NCBI GenBank assembly: GCA_018649885.1
Contig: JABIHA010000084.1
Location: forward strand, 124,001-182,353
Direction of reading: 5' to 3'
Length of the DNA stretch: 58,353 bases
Origin: Bacteriovoracaceae bacterium
Lineage (GTDB): Bacteria; Bdellovibrionota; Bacteriovoracia; Bacteriovoracales; Bacteriovoracaceae
In this document: one piece after another, positions 58,273 to 58,353 of the stretch
Layout: every line of letters begins with the position of its first letter
How positions within the stretch are numbered: position 1 is the stretch's first letter
The notes under the pieces: generated by a model
Seen by the model: the letters and a program-made list of their open reading frames with translations, nothing else
Told to the model about the DNA's origin: nothing
The model's database searches: none
Program-made: the position numbers and the translations under genes

Positions 58273-58353
58273 TTAATAAGTTCCCGTTATCACTCCTTTT
58301 TCACCATTCACCATTTCTCCCTGAAAATTTAGTCTTAACCAATTTTGTTCAAG
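58273..58353 (-). CDS. Possible C-terminus of a gene entering from the right edge
   Basis: Open frame LEQNWLRLNFQGEMVNGEKGVITGTY* starting at the window end. Confidence 0.35.
   Translation of the reverse strand, partial: LEQNWLRLNFQGEMVNGEKGVITGTY

Overview
AT-rich, densely coding bacterial chromosome segment. Gene content (a PopA-like major outer-membrane protein, a Tgl/PilF-type TPR lipoprotein, many secreted hypotheticals, sigma54/sigma28-type promoters) suggests Bdellovibrionota, probably Bacteriovoracaceae-like; this is inference, as no search was run. Most genes are housekeeping: ribD, cysteine desulfurase, an orphan parA/parB-like pair, gdhA, pfkA, gpmI, rplU-rpmA-obgE-rsfS-rlmH, lgt, mltD, trmL, pepA, lptF, trkH/trkA, lepA, ugd, recO and a divergent aroA-aroC-aroB / DAHP synthase-chorismate mutase-aminotransferase-tyrA cluster. 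I saw no rRNA, tRNA, CRISPR array, integrase, transposase or reverse transcriptase. The most unusual region is about 21.4-22.35 kb. There a four-helix-bundle (23S-IVP/Avd-like) gene lies between a 126-bp ERIC-like palindromic element and a set of GAA-loop hairpins plus CCGG tandem repeats. Synonymous codon positions are strongly shifted to C/A in mirror image on both sides of the palindrome, including the 3' end of the host mltD gene. Other points: two long inverted repeats in convergent intergenic gaps, an LspA-like pseudo-peptidase fusion, an unannotated 49-aa lipoprotein and a probable ATA start codon.
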